Part shown: positions 26,952-40,444 of the stretch, piece after piece | Position numbering within the stretch: position 1 is the stretch's first letter | How the letters are laid out: every line of letters starts with the position of its first letter | Source: Podarcis tiliguerta | Lineage: Eukaryota | NCBI GenBank assembly: GCA_965153285.1 | Contig: OZ229112.1 | Length of the DNA: 64,000 nucleotides | Direction: 5' to 3' (one strand) | Position numbers and translations under genes: made by a program | The notes under the pieces: model-generated | The model's input: the letters and a program-made list of their open reading frames with translations, nothing else | Database searches by the model: none | What the model was told of the DNA's origin: nothing

Positions 26952-29793
26952 CTTATTCCATATAAAAACAGAAGGTTCCAAAATATTATTATTCATTAAT
27001 ATTATTCATGTTAGAAAAATCATTTACACCACAATTTTAGTCAGGAATGAATTAGAAATCTGTTGCAGCCCTCAGTACATATGTAACAAAATCAGATATA
27101 CACAATCAAACACAGCCAAGACAGGAGAAAAAGTAAAAACAATTGGGCTATGTTTTTGTTTTACTAAGGCCACTTCATGCTATGTAGGTACTTCCTGACA
27201 CAGGGCAATTCTCCATCAGTGGAAAGTTGGCATCATCACAGTTCTTCCACCTCCTGTGCCAGCCAACTCCCTCTCCTCTGATGCAAGAACATCATGACTA
27301 TGTCTTTCCAGGGAAGGGTGTGGACAGGATGGGAATCAGAGAACAGAACTCTCTTTACACCTGGTTCAATACTAATGCAAGTTAAACCCAGCTTTCTGCT
27401 GCTTCAAACAGAGCAGGGCAGCCAAGGATAGGCAGTCACAACTGCCACACACAGGGTTGATTATTCTAGTATCTTTAGACAGGCAGAGACACAAAATAAA
27501 GAAGAAGGAATTTTACACAAACATGCTCTCCAACATTTCTGCTTTAGAAAAGATTCTGTAAATTTTCCCATACACAGAGGAAATTAGGAGTTATGTAATG
27601 CTAGCAATTAAAACAGAGGTGTCAAACTAGGAAGCCAGTTCCATCAGAATGCAAAGGGTATAATACATCAATAGCAGCTACTGTGAGGCTCCAGAATCAA
27701 CTTCTGGCATTGCGTTGCCCAACTTTTTTGTGCAGTGGATAAATCTGAGAACCTGAGAAACTGTTCTGCGCACCGCAACCACACTTACACACATTCAAAC
27801 TTCCACCCTGCTATTCATTTGGGTTAACCTTCCCTCCCAAAAGAAAGATCCCGCCCCGCCCCCCAACTAGTAGGCTTGAAAGAAGCCTTGAATTGGGAGT
27901 CAATTTTCAACCCTAATTTTAGTGAGTTTTTCAAGCTGGGCAGGCGAGTGTCACAGCTCAGCATACAAAGGTTAATCCAAACACACACACACTGTAATAT
28001 GTTTGAAAATAGTCTTCTACTGACTACAGCAGAAGAATTCTTTCAAGTTTTATTGCAACAGGGGAGAAGCAGTGGGATGCTGAAGGCACCAGTGAAAGCA
28101 TATGCTGTCCAAACATATTATCTTCTTCCCTCAGTTTCAGTATCTAATGGAGAGATCCCAATCCCCAAATCCCATGGCTGGTAAGGTCCAGAACTGCACA
28201 TAGGTAGGTCCCCCCACAGACCTCTACCAAGGGGGCAGGCACCACCACTGCAGAAGCCCCTATTATGCCTGCAAAGGTACAATAGGTTTATATTACCAAC
28301 ACAGTTACCACTGACAACTAGGCCCCAAAGCAACTTATGCCCCCAAACTCGGGATTCTGAAGGGTCCAGCAAAGGCTTGGATCCATTGAATCCAAGACCC
28401 TTCATTCTCCAAAGAGACCCTGGACTGGGCCTTAATATCATGAGACATTGGGGGGGGGGTCCAGATCAGGATGAGGGGTGGGAGAAGTTGGATGAGTTAG
28501 CCCAGGTACCCTGAGGAGGGACCCGTTGAAAACCACATCAATCATTGAAACAAATTAGGCAGAGCAGGGAAAGAGAATAGAATGTGAAGGGAAACTGTGT
28601 AAAAGGAAAACACGGGGTAAGGTCTGCCCCCTCCTCACTTCTTGCCCTGGCCTGCACAGGCCAGCAAGACTTTGGAGGGAATAGTATATTCCCCACTGCG
28701 CATCCTACACTTCACCAGCACTGAATCCCACTTAGAACTGCGCAGAAACCCAACTGAAATTGATGGTTTGGTGTCCTTCTTTAGGACACACAAGTCACAT
28801 CTAAAACATCTGCCTCACATGCATGTGAGATTGCTTACCCCATTCTGACCCCATGGGGTGGGGTTGAGGAAAATCAGGTAATTTGCCCATTCACACTTCT
28901 TATCCCTTCCATCTGCATATGTGATGAACCTCAAAGATTCCAAGTAGAACTGCCTTCCCTTGGTTGGTGGATACCTTACCTACCTGGCCAGCTAACCGCC
29001 ACCACCCCCAACTGAATCTTCAGAGGGGTTTTTTTAAAGAAAGGGCAAGGTTTTTAAATGATCTCCATCTCTCCCTTGAATGCCTTCTATGAATTGCCTG
29101 GGATGACCCATGCTGTTTTGCATGTCAGCTGAAAATAATTTGTAAATTACTAAGATTGCCTTGGATAGAAAATAGAAGTTTCCTTATATTTAAAACAGCT
29201 TTCTATTTCTTTCAGTGCTTTAAATAAATCTGCTCTTGTAATTTGAACTCTGGGATTGGTTATGTTTTTGCATAGCTGTGGGATCTGGTCTACTCACCTT
29301 GCCTAGCATTTCCCCACCCTCTATGCTTTTAAGGAGAGAAACTGAGAATTACATATTGGACTGCTGCCATAAGCAAGGCAGGAGTCTAGAAAAGCATTCC
29401 CCACTCTCAGAATACTATAAATATTTCAGGTCTAGATTTCTTTACTGCCAGAACTAGTAATACTTAAATGGGAAACAGTGGTGGTGGTGCTACCCAGCAT
29501 AAATTACCCAGAGAGCCTTGCAGCCTACCCTAGCACAATATCCTATGGCTCCTGAGACACTCTCCTAGGGACCACAAGACTGAATACTTTCAATGGAAAT
29601 TCACTATCAACTTTGCTGAAGAGACCAAAGTTGTTAATATATTTCACTTCAGCAGATAGAGAGCACTTTCAGTCAACTCAAGTATGTAAGAACATTTACA
29701 TACTTCTATCTCACCTTTTAAATATATTGCAAGTTACACTGAAAATTAATACACAAATAATTCTTTACTATTTCAGAACATGTTTGCTCTTAC

Positions 29794-29871
29794 CTCCATT
29801 GAACACAACTTCTCCAAGACAATCTTTGGGTACTTTAGAAGCACAACGTTTGTGACAGTTAAATCTGCAGT
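29794..29871 (-). CDS. PRKD3: PRKD3 C1b exon ([26 protein letters not shown])
   Basis: gctttag/gtaaga; 78 bp; C1 Cys/His pattern. Confidence 0.96.
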
Positions 29872-30769
29872 CTAAAGCAAGAAAAAAAATGTTTCTTTCA
29901 CTCATACATTTATGGAGAAACTCTTTAAATATCCCTTACATGACACCTACATTTTATTTATTTTGGGGATGTTTTTGTATCTAAGCACTCACCAAGTAGC
30001 CATGTGCAACAAGAAATTGCATGCAGGGGTATGAACCATCCCTCCTCTCTGCTTTCCACAGAGACCAAGTGGGCTGCCAGTGGAGAAAAACCAGTAGAAA
30101 AATGCCAGCAGAGGAAAGGCAGCACAGAAAAGCAATAGGGTGCTGGAAGAACACAGCTAGGCCCCAGAAGGTTCTTTTTGCAGGTTTATTTACCACTGCT
30201 ATGTTCTTGAAAACGATGCCCCCAGACTGTTTCTTTTAAATTGTACATAAAATATTTTGTGTGTGTTAATTTGCAAACTTTATTACTGAACTCTCTACCT
30301 TAAAATATCTCTACTGCTATGAAACTAAAAAACTAATCCCTACACAAACAACGTATTATTGAGTGCCACAAGTAACTAAGCACTTTACATACAAAATATA
30401 AGACAAGGGTTCATACCAACTGGTAAATATACAGAGGCATATGTCTGCAGGGGGAAAGAAAAAAGATGATCCATGATCTGGAGACACAGGCTATTGATGG
30501 CATATAAACAACAAAACTATACTGCCATGCTGAATCACAGATTACATTTGAGACTTAGGAAAGTAAGTGGGTTTCTCAGCTAAGTATAGTAATACTATGT
30601 TTTACACACTCTTTAAAGTTTTAGTAAGAGTATAAATTAAATGCAAACAGCTTTTTTAAAGTGGGGATGGCTTTATAAATACTTGCTTTGCCAATAGCCT
30701 ACAACAGGGATCTGCAACTGGAGGTTAATCTGCTGGACCACACCCCAGCCTCCCATCTGGTCCCTCACA

Positions 30770-30882
30770 TCTCCTTCATTGAGGGTTTTTTAAGAGGTTG
30801 AATGGCCATCTGTCAGGGCTTCTTTAGCTGTGAACCAGCATTGCAGGGGGTTGGGTCCCTTCCAATTCTATGATTCTATGAT
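30770..30882 (+). mobile_element. CR1 LINE 3' end
   Basis: ggtcccttccaattctatgattctatg: (ATTCTATG)n terminus. Confidence 0.75.
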
Positions 30883-31182
30883 GCTGTGCATATCAATTGC
30901 AAAGTTTGTGGTCCCGTGTCTAATACTAAGAGAGTGAAGGTGAGAAGGTAGGAGTTTCTGTGCACTTGGGATATTCTATGTTCGTGAAAAACCACAATAG
31001 TTTTGCCTGGTTTTTTACTTCTCTTTTTTAAAAAAAGCTACAAAGAGGAGTTAGTGGAGTAGTTCAAAGCCTGCATCCCTTTTTGCTGAAATAATTTTAA
31101 CTCATGCTTTGGGTGTATGGCTAAGAATGTGAAAAAGCTGTACAAATAACAATATTAACCTTGCAGCAGTGAATACTCTTAC

Positions 31183-31372
31183 CTTTACACTGCATTCCTT
31201 GACGAAAGAGACCCTTGAGCAATCGTTTGCAGTACTGGCATATGGTGGGTCGAGTGTAAGAATGAACAGCAAAGGTATGTGGAACCTTCACCCTGCAGAG
31301 CACCATCTTTTCCATCCATATTGGACGCCCACTCCAGGAAGGAATCCTCTTACTGGGCTCTAGAAGGGGACG
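31183..31372 (-). CDS. PRKD3: PRKD3 C1b exon ([22 protein letters not shown]...[33 protein letters not shown])
   Basis: cttttcag/gtaaga; 190 bp. Confidence 0.95.
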
Positions 31373-31486
31373 CTGAAAAGAAAAGCAGACATGCAGGGCT
31401 TGAACTTGTGGTGCAGACCTATCATTCCTAGCTCCCCAATCCTTTCCGGGCCTCCTTTACCAACAAGACTATAGCAAACTAAAAGG

Positions 31487-31565
31487 CAACTGGTTGGCCA
31501 CTGTGAGAACAGGATGCTGGACTAGATGGGTCTTTGGTCTGATCCAGTAGGACTCTTCTTATGTT
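31487..31565 (+). mobile_element. CR1-type LINE 3' end
   Basis: ctggttggccactgtgagaacaggatgctggactagatggg...tcttcttatgtt; inverted relative at about 40445. Confidence 0.65.
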
Positions 31566-32361
31566 TCGACTTAAGCCTGGAAAAAGTATCCATAATAAGG
31601 AATCTAAATAACACAGAAGCCATATTTTGCTACACCAACCTAGGTTCGAGCTGGAACCAAATAGTTGGCATTTACCAGTGATATTAAACAGCCCTCCTTA
31701 ATACTTCAGAAGACATCCGCCATCACTTTTAATAAGCTCCATGCCTTGTTTTTGCTATGGCCACCAGCTGGTGTTTAATTCCTTAAAGTGAGTGAGATGA
31801 GGGTTCAAGTCAGACTGAGGGCCTGATCTAACCTGATCAAGCCCTTACTGGATTGCAGACGGGGTGGATTTTTATTAATTTAATACAACTGTAACATCTA
31901 CACTCATGAATGGAGCCATCCACCTTTCAAGCAATAGGGCACTGCTGAACTATATATTCATCTTATTACATTCAGAATAGCAATAAATCAGGTTCTTAAA
32001 TTCTACTTTTACCTAATATATGTAATATTTACATTATTAACCTTTATCACCTAGTGTTAAGTGACTGATTTGGTTATAAACACACACAACACACAAAAAA
32101 GGAAAACCATATTAAATTTGCTGTGCTTTGGAGGGGTAGAATAAGAAAGGGGAAGTTGTTAGTGATTATACCTTGCATACTCTAAGGCTATTTGAGCAGC
32201 TGAACCTCAGAACAAATTAAATCAGAACACAGATAAGGAGCTCCAAGAGCCCCACATATTTACGAAAGGAAGGTTTGGGGTTATGTGCCTTGACACATGA
32301 CAGTAGCATATGCAACCTGAATGGAATCCCACCTTAAGAGAGAGAAAAATAATCTAAATAC

Positions 32362-32519
32362 CTCTTCTGTGACTGCGACTGTGTATTCAGTTTGCACTGA
32401 TCTTGGGACTGAAAGTGCAGATCCTGGTAAAGATACATTAGATAAACGCCTCTTTCTTACACCACTGCAGTTGTTTGGGATCTTGAAGGCGCATCGCTTG
32501 TGGTAGTTTAATCCACACC
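32362..32519 (-). CDS. PRKD3: PRKD3 C1a exon ([31 protein letters not shown]...TEE)
   Basis: ttattag/gtattt; 158 bp. Confidence 0.96.
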
Positions 32520-33352
32520 CTAATAAAATTAGCATTAGGGAAGGGGGATAAACAACTTATTATGAATGATACCATTCATTTAAATAGAATTGACAGTAAT
32601 AAATTAGGATCATATTTTCAGAAAAGACAGATCAAGCCAAAGCATGGTGAATTTGACTCTCAATATAATTTTAATAATCTCCTAGCATAACGGAGTGGTG
32701 GTGTAATTATCAGCAGATCTGTGTAATGCATGGAATTTTTTTGGCCTGAATACTTGCTTTTCTGACCCTGCTTCACCCTAGCTAAAGCCTGAAAACGGGG
32801 CCTGTTATGCAATACATGTTGCTGCTGATCTTCCTCAGCTCTCTTTCCCCTGGCAGACTATCTAAACAATGTACTCCTGGCTCAGCTGGAACCACAGGAG
32901 TTGAGTAAAAGCCAATAAGCATGAAGTGTTGTGTTACTAATACCTGGACAACAGCCTGTTGACAGGAGAACTGAGGAAGGTACTGCAGCCAACTGAACAA
33001 GGGCCACATGAAAAGGTATGCCCATTCAGAACTTGATTTGCATGTTATAAAAAGCTGTGGCAAGAAAAGGAAACATTTCTCTAATCAACACGTCAGACCA
33101 AAACATTTGTACCAGCATGTTTGTCTGCAGCATTGGCATAATGCTACAGCTTCCAACGTTGCACTGACATTAGCTTTGCATACCCTAAACCTAATAGGAC
33201 AGCCCTAAAACCCTTAGGATTGGGTTGTTTATATCTCTGTAGCACTGTCAAACAGAAATTTTGCTTGCCACAGAAGAAAGCCATTATCGGGGAGGATGTG
33301 GTTGCTGACTTTGTAAGACTTTTAGAAAAATGAATTCAAATAATAACATGTG

Positions 33353-33519
33353 GAATTTGCTGCCAAGGAGTGTGGTGGAGTCTCCTTCTTTGGAGGTCTT
33401 TAAGCAGAGGCTTGACAACCATATGTCAGGAGTGCTCTGAAGGTGTTTCCTGCTTGGCAGGGGGTTGGACTTGATGGCCCTTGTGGTCTATTCCAACTCT
33501 ATGATTCTATGATTCTATG
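33353..33519 (+). mobile_element. CR1 LINE 3' end
   Basis: gtggtggagtctccttctttggaggtctttaagcagaggcttgac...ttccaactctatgattctatgattctatg. Confidence 0.85.
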
Positions 33520-33573
33520 TCTTGCTCTTTGAGTTACACCTACTATGTTTTATTTTTAAATATGATTGAAGTA

Positions 33574-33944
33574 AAGGTAAAGGTAAAGGTACCCCTGCCC
33601 GTATGGGCCAGTCGTGACCGACTCTAGGGTTGCGCGCTCGTCTTGCTCAAGAGGCCGGGAGCCGGCGCCGTCCGAAGACACTTCCGGGTCACGTGGCCAG
33701 CGTGATGAAGCTGCAGCTGGTGAGCCAGCACCAGTGCCGCACACGGAAACGCCGTTTACCTTCCCGCTATAAAGCGGTACCTATTTATCTACTTGCACTT
33801 AGGGGTGCTTTCAAACTGCTAGGTGGGCAGGAGCTGGGACCAAACGGCGGGAGCTCACCCCGCCACGGGGATTCGAACTGCCGACCTTACAATCAGCAAG
33901 TCCTAGGCACTGAGGTTTTACCCACAGTGCCACCCGCGTCCCGC
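33574..33944 (-). mobile_element. Sauria SINE (Squam1), full length, CpG-rich (young)
   Basis: (AAAGGT)n tail on +; homologous to 20143-20512; TSD TATGA(T/C)TGAAGTA at 33561-33573 and 33945-33957. Confidence 0.88.
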
Positions 33945-34041
33945 TATGACTGAAGTACAATACACAAAATCACTGAAAGTGTGTATTGTCATGGACAATA
34001 GATACATGTCATACTTAAGATGCACTTATTGACAAACTTAC

Positions 34042-34173
34042 CTTCACATTTCAACCCTTGTCGTACCAAGCCCCAAAGCATCTCTCCGCAATAGTCACAA
34101 AAAGTGGGAGCCTTGTAAGAATGCACATATAGCATATGAGGACGAATCTGGAAATCTTCGACTGTAGCCAATG
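34042..34173 (-). CDS. PRKD3: PRKD3 C1a exon ([44 protein letters not shown])
   Basis: tttaaaag/gtaagt; 132 bp. Confidence 0.95.
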
Positions 34174-34697
34174 CTTTTAAAAAATACATTATAAAACGGG
34201 AGTGAGTCCCACTTGATTACAGCAATATTTATAAGTATGATTGACTGGAATGATTTTTTAAAAATAATGGTAGCCTCAGCAAACTGCCTTTGGTAGAAAC
34301 TGATGACTATGCTCAACTCCTACAAAGCATGCATTTTAAGACATACAACTATATAAATGTTTTTAAAAAAACAAAAAACAAACCTGTTTTTTAATAAAGG
34401 TTGCACAAAGAACTTTCTACACTATTTAGAACACAGTGGTTGCTATTGTAGATCAAGTAACTGACAATTTACTAATCCCAAAAAATTCAGAAGATAATTA
34501 AGATTATCCAATTGTTACACGCAAATTCAACAATTTTCATCTGTAGAGGCTGGTTCAGTAAGATGTCATTTCATCTACTTTATTCCAAGTAACCTTTAAT
34601 ATTTATAAAGCAGTCCACAAATTTCAACCATTTTGAAGCAATGGTAATATCATGGCTTTATGTAACAACAAGGGAACCACATTGAAAACCTATTTAC

Positions 34698-34836
34698 CAG
34701 AGAGAACAACCTCAACGAGGTCACCTTCACGTATTTCTTCAGCTGATGTAATCCGCTGTAAAATATTTTCTGAGTTCAGGTCATGGCGAAACAGAAGAAT
34801 TTTGTCATACATGCCAAAAAAACCACACTCTGGGAA
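34698..34836 (-). CDS. PRKD3: PRKD3 ubiquitin-like-domain exon ([19 protein letters not shown]...EVVLS)
   Basis: gttgcag/gtaaat; 139 bp. Confidence 0.96.
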
Positions 34837-37399
34837 CTGCAACAACAAAAAAGCAGACTCCAAATTACAGCATGTCATAATTTGCACATCTCAAACTGAT
34901 ACAAATCTCCAACTATTGCAACTACAGAAAACCTGAATGCATGCATTCTTTAGAACACAGCAAACCTATTAATACCTTAATAACTTCTGAAAAATAGATG
35001 TGTTGATGAAGATAAGCTGAAAGTTAAAAGGTTTGCAACCTAATGTTGCAAACCTACCTAATGTTGAATGAGGCTACCTAATGTTGAATGATATAAAGTT
35101 TTTGTGCTATAATCTCATTGGCCTTTATAGAGTAGTTGGTGATGAACTACAACATACAAAAACAGCTATCCATAAAAAAATATACTTGCCTTGCTAATAC
35201 TGTAAGATTTTAAAGCAATGAGGTAAAATGCGTTTTTTCAATCTCAAACATACTCAAATCTAATTACAGGTTAGATGGGCCACACGACCATGTGCAATAT
35301 ACGTAATGAAACCATAGAATAAACATGCATAATCTCTCCTCTTCAGATAGAAGACGTATCAAGTGAAACTTGGCACATGCTACTATTGGTATGTGAACCA
35401 GGCAGAAGAAATACTGACTAGAGGATTCAGATAGATTTCTCTCCCTCCCCATTTCTTATTTATATAGGGAAACAGCCAGAAGCCAGCTAAGCGTGTATGA
35501 TTAAATGTTCCAATGTTCAGATCCATTCTATAAGGTGCATGAACTCCAGAGAAGGTCGGAACCTTTCTCCGTTACAAAATGTACACTTTCCTGACAACTG
35601 TCTGAACAAACTGTAAAATTAGTTTTATTTATTTAAGGAACTTTCTTCCCACTCTTCTGCCAAAGATGACTCCCAGAGTGGCTTACAAATGGCACTGATA
35701 ACAATCCCTGCCCTCAAATTTACACTCTAAGATACGTAATAAAAAAGGAAGGTGATTGGAATGGGCGGGGGAGGAAACGTCTTACTTACAGAGGAACGAC
35801 CAGCTAGGAGAAACTTGAGGAGAGGAGCCCCAAAAGAGCCTTTCAGCCTGGTGGAATAGCTGCTGTTTCTGATAAAGTATAGGCAAGATGTTTTCGCGTC
35901 ATTTCTTCAAAGTGTCAACCAGATTTGATGAATGAATATTGTGTTTCGCATTGCACCATATTCTAGAGTAGGGTGGTCCCTTGAGGCTTTTTGGTGGTCC
36001 TCAGCAATATTTGGCACACACACCAGCCCTCACACTGCCTTCCCAAAGCCAGGTAAGCAAGATGCTGAGCTGTGGGAAGCATGCATGAGGGCTCAGACAG
36101 GGTCCTAAGAGTGCTCCCACCTCCGTCACAAAGCCTAATTGGTGCTTTCCCAGCTTTGGGGAGGAAGAAGAAGGGGTCTAGGACCCTGCCAGTGTCTTCT
36201 GCCTCCTTCCCAAAGCCCCGAACCTCACTTAGCCAGCTTTAGGAAGGCAGCGCAAGGGCGGGGGGGGGGTCAACTTTTGGCCTTGCTTCCCGTGTGTGCA
36301 ACAAGGCAGTGTGCAGCCCATGGGTTCCATGTTGTACTACCTTTGCAGCCCACTTGCTATGAAAAGCTCAAACACCCTTCAGCATGAGGGATGGGATCAT
36401 TTCCATTTGATAGGGAGTGAGATAGAACTACATTTCCCACTTCACCAGAATGTCCCCGTTATCACCACTACCTAATTCTCTTGGCATCACACTCTATTTA
36501 CACTAACAAGAGCATTTAGGTTTTATGGTTACAAAATTGTTTCCAACCAATACTTTTATCAATAAATCAGTGTATCATCAAAAGTCAGCAACAAATGGAA
36601 AACATGGATTTCAATCCTCATGAAAGTTTATTGTTCAAGAGAAGGAGAACATGCCAATATCAGTGAGAGACTTTTGAATAGTCATGATGTAAGGCATTTT
36701 GGTTGCAGAAAAAGTCAAGCTTCATGATGGTTCCTAAGCAGAGAACTCCTGAAGTTAGTGGGAGATGAAGAGAATTCCAGTTATTTATCCCCAGCCCCAC
36801 CAGAGGAAGTTTCCTCCTAACTCCAGCCCCACAGAAAGGTAGACCAGGAGAAATATGCCTTTTCTCCTCCCTAAACTACTTTTGGAGATGGGCTGTGTCC
36901 CAGCACATCCTATAAATGATTGGATGTGTGCTGCCCAAAGGCCTTGTTGCTTTTGACAAAGAGAAACACTGCAAGGTGTCGCAAATTTTTTCACTAGCTT
37001 AAGCTGGTGAGCCTTCTATTGTCCTTGAGGAGGTTATGAAAACCCAGCATTAATGAGCAATGCTCTATTTACTGATTAGAATCTCCCTGCCTGAATTACA
37101 TCTACTTTTCTAAACCAAATGACTAATCACAAATCTCCTGCTCGTTGAAAGTGTTTCTGCTTCATTTTTGGAATCCACCTTTTCCCTCAGCCCAGCCAGG
37201 ATCCTTAAGAGAAGCTTTACAGGGATGGGAAAGTCACGTTCCATCAACACCCTTCAGCTGGCATTCCTCTGAATCCAAGCCATTGGGTTCAGGTAAACGC
37301 AACTCAAATTAAAATTACACAGAAATATTATTTCTATGAAGCAGCCATAACTTTCACTTTCTAATCTGTACAATTAAAATGTTACAACTATTAAGTTTT

Positions 37400-37800
37400 A
37401 TTTGCATTCATATTTTTTCTGCTTCAGATGATCAAGAACTGGAAAATTGGCAGAAGATATTGGACAGGATTGAGGAAGGCTCTTAGTAAACAGGCCCCAA
37501 TGCACAAGGATGGACTTACAGTCCCAAGTTTGTTAGTATACTATGAAGCCACACAGTTATTATGTTGGCTATGTTCAGAGACATCAGAAAATACTGAAAA
37601 ACACATGGTACCAATTAAAACAACTCTGCATTGCTATCCTATTAGAAGTGCTCCCTTGGATCTCTAAGAATGAAACAGATTACCAAGAAGAGTTGAGATT
37701 AATTGTACAACAATTTATGAAAACATGGGGTACATATAAAAAAATTAACACCCAAGGATGTATCCATTAGCACCTGTGGTAAGATGTGAAAGTTTTGTCT
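37400..37800 (+). mobile_element. Degenerate L1-clade ORF2 fragment
   Basis: KDGLTVPSLLVYYEATQL resembles the L1 ORF2 motif GGLxLPxLxxYYxAxQL; frameshifted. Confidence 0.5.
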
Positions 37801-38272
37801 GAGAGGTCAGTTTTATGCTTTGCACAATTGAGAAGTGAATAAAGTGTCAGCATTTGGTGAACTGGCAGTAGATGGGGAGACACAATCTGGACAGAAGCTT
37901 GCTCAAACCCAGAGAAACAGCTTCATTTCCTTCCTCCCCACCTACCCCCCCAAACCCCATAATTTTGCTGTTTTCAAATGAATAGTTAAGACCTTCCTAT
38001 ACACTTAGGAAGTAACAGCTCGATAAGTTTGACATATGTGATGAATGTAAGATCTCTACATTCTACATCCTAACTAGCAGTATGAAGGAAAAAGGAAGGT
38101 AAAAGTTAAAGGAGCTGCAGAAAAGAGATCTGGGAATTATAATGTAAGAACCAAAATGAAACAATTCTTCATTCTCTTAGGCTACCAGCTTGAAGTCTCT
38201 CTGTCCAGGATGCAATATAGAAGATGAGTAAAAGAAGAGTTTGGATCTGATATCCCGCTTTATCACTACCCT

Positions 38273-38363
38273 GTTGTTGTTTAGTCGTTTAGTCGCGTCC
38301 GACTCTTCGTGACCCCATGGACCAGAGCACGCCAGGCACTCCTGTCTTCCACTGCCTCCCGCA
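38273..38363 (-). mobile_element. RTE/BovB-type LINE 3' end
   Basis: Reverse complement matches the 3' portion of 1419-1538, including the (CAA)n tail. Confidence 0.8.
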
Positions 38364-40067
38364 TAAAACCAGGATCTTCTCTCATTTATACTTCTCTTCC
38401 CACTGCCCTAATTACCGGTAGTTCCTCTTCTCAGAATGGTTGCCTGTATATACAACTCAAGAACTGGTACTTTCCTATGAATCATGTTGCACCATCCATT
38501 AATGTTCACATAGCTGCCCAATCTGTGTTTAACAGGAATAGTTCATATTTCTATGTCACCTTTCTTTGCCCACAGCAAAGGATACAAACCTTTGCCCAGG
38601 ACTTTACTTTTTAACTCACAGGGCAACTGAGGATAACCGGAATATTTCCTGGGTTTGGCTAACTGTGATTTCTCCATCTTTTACTCATCTATTTGCAAAT
38701 TATGGAGAAGTATTCCTGAAATTTTACCACTTGACTTCTGGTTCTTGGTTGCTGTGTATTTCGGGGTTTGAATGAGATCACTATTTATTTATTTAGGTAA
38801 GGAAAAGAAGAGTTACCTCATCTGCACTTTCTTTGGCCTTAACAAGTATGCGTATTTTGGCTAAGAATATGCTTTACTCTCACACCAGCTCACCACAGCT
38901 GCCTATAAGCAGAACTAGGAAAAAGGAGTTAGAAAAACAACACAAATTGCTAATAGTTAAATAGGACATTCACCAGGCAATGCAACCAGTGAAATGCAAC
39001 TGCTGTAAGTAATCAACAACTAGTTCATCATGGTATCTTCCAACTTTGAGGACTTCTTCCCCTAGTACATATTTTATGCAGATCACCAGGACAAAATTTA
39101 ATGTCTTAGAAAAGTCTGTTTTCTCTTGTGTTCAATATTAAAATATTTGACTTTTGCAAGACTGGAGGTTTGCATACATGCAAATGGAAAACGAAGGAAA
39201 ACCACTATTAACACTTACCAGATCCCCCAGTTACATGTCAGTTATTTTTTGCATATGTACAAACACTAAATATGGCTTCAAGAAACTTCACCGCACTGAT
39301 GAAGACATGGTCCTCTTGCAGAGCTAAACTCATTGTGGCAGAAACTCTCTGGTCACAATGCACAAAATACTTTGAACTAGGGGAAGTGGGAAAGAAAAAG
39401 GGGGAAATGGCAAAAGAGTAACCTAAAAAGTGTGGGAAGGAAAAAGGCAGAAAGTTAAGGGCAAGATGTAAAACTCTATGGGCTGGGAAGGTGTACAGAA
39501 TGCTGTGCGGAAGGCAGTTCCTAGTGTAATATTTGTAGTCACTTACATTTGTTGCTTTATGTCCTCATCAGCTCATAAAATAATTGATGCAAAGATATCT
39601 GTAGTGAATTCTACAACACTAAACAAATGTGTATGACAACTCTTGTGCAAATTCAACATCGATTTGCTTTCTTCTTCAGCATGCAATGTCATGTTCTCTG
39701 GTATCAACCCTGCACTAACTCAGAGGCATCCCCTAGGAAGCCATCATCCCTCACTACAGAACTATCAAGACCAGACTCTTCAGACTCAGAAGATGACCTG
39801 CCCTGCACAATACAGTCCTCACGACTCCCATGCTGTAGGAGCCAGCAGCTGTAAAATCAGACAATATTCTTTTAAAATATAGGCAGCTCTTCAAAGGAGT
39901 CAGGCCAGACCAGCCAGTGTTCACAAGGGCTCCACATGCTGCCAAGCAGCTCCCCTTGGGTGAGTTTCAACCAGTACCTGCCACAGTGCCCTGTCCAGGG
40001 TCCTGACACACCATACCTTCCCTCCTCTTGCCAATTGCTATCTGGCATAGCCTACCATCGACTTGAC

Positions 40068-40317
40068 CAGGGATAGGCCACCTAAAGCCCGGGGGCCGGA
40101 TGCAGCCCAATCACCTTCTCAATCCGGCCCACGGAAGGTCCGGGAATCAGTGTGTTTTTACATGAGTAGAATGTGCCCTTTAATTTAAAATGCATCTCTG
40201 GGTTATTTGTGGGGCATAGGAATTCGTTCATTTCCCCCAAAAAAATACAGTCCAGCCCACCACATGGTCTGAGGGAAGGTAGACCACCCCTGGGCTGAAA
40301 AAGGTTGCTGACCCCTG
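40068..40317. mobile_element. hAT (Charlie/OC1-like) MITE with 8-bp TSD
   Basis: CAGGG...CCCTG termini; perfect TSD GACTTGAC at 40060-40067 and 40318-40325. Confidence 0.85.
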
Positions 40318-40444
40318 GACTTGACCATCAGGCTTGCTACTGTTTTTCTGGACATTACTGTGTCATTTTCTATACGTGCTACTTCTTCCATCAGGCCTTC
40401 CCTGGAAGTCGTAGGCCAAGCTAGGACAAAGCAGTCAACTTAAG

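Noticed and set aside
28438-28595. DVVFNG similarity to the end of the C1b exon (EVVFNG), suggesting a duplicated or mutually exclusive exon
   Set aside because: Only five residues match, with no Cys/His pattern and early stops after the nearby acceptor-like site; probably chance
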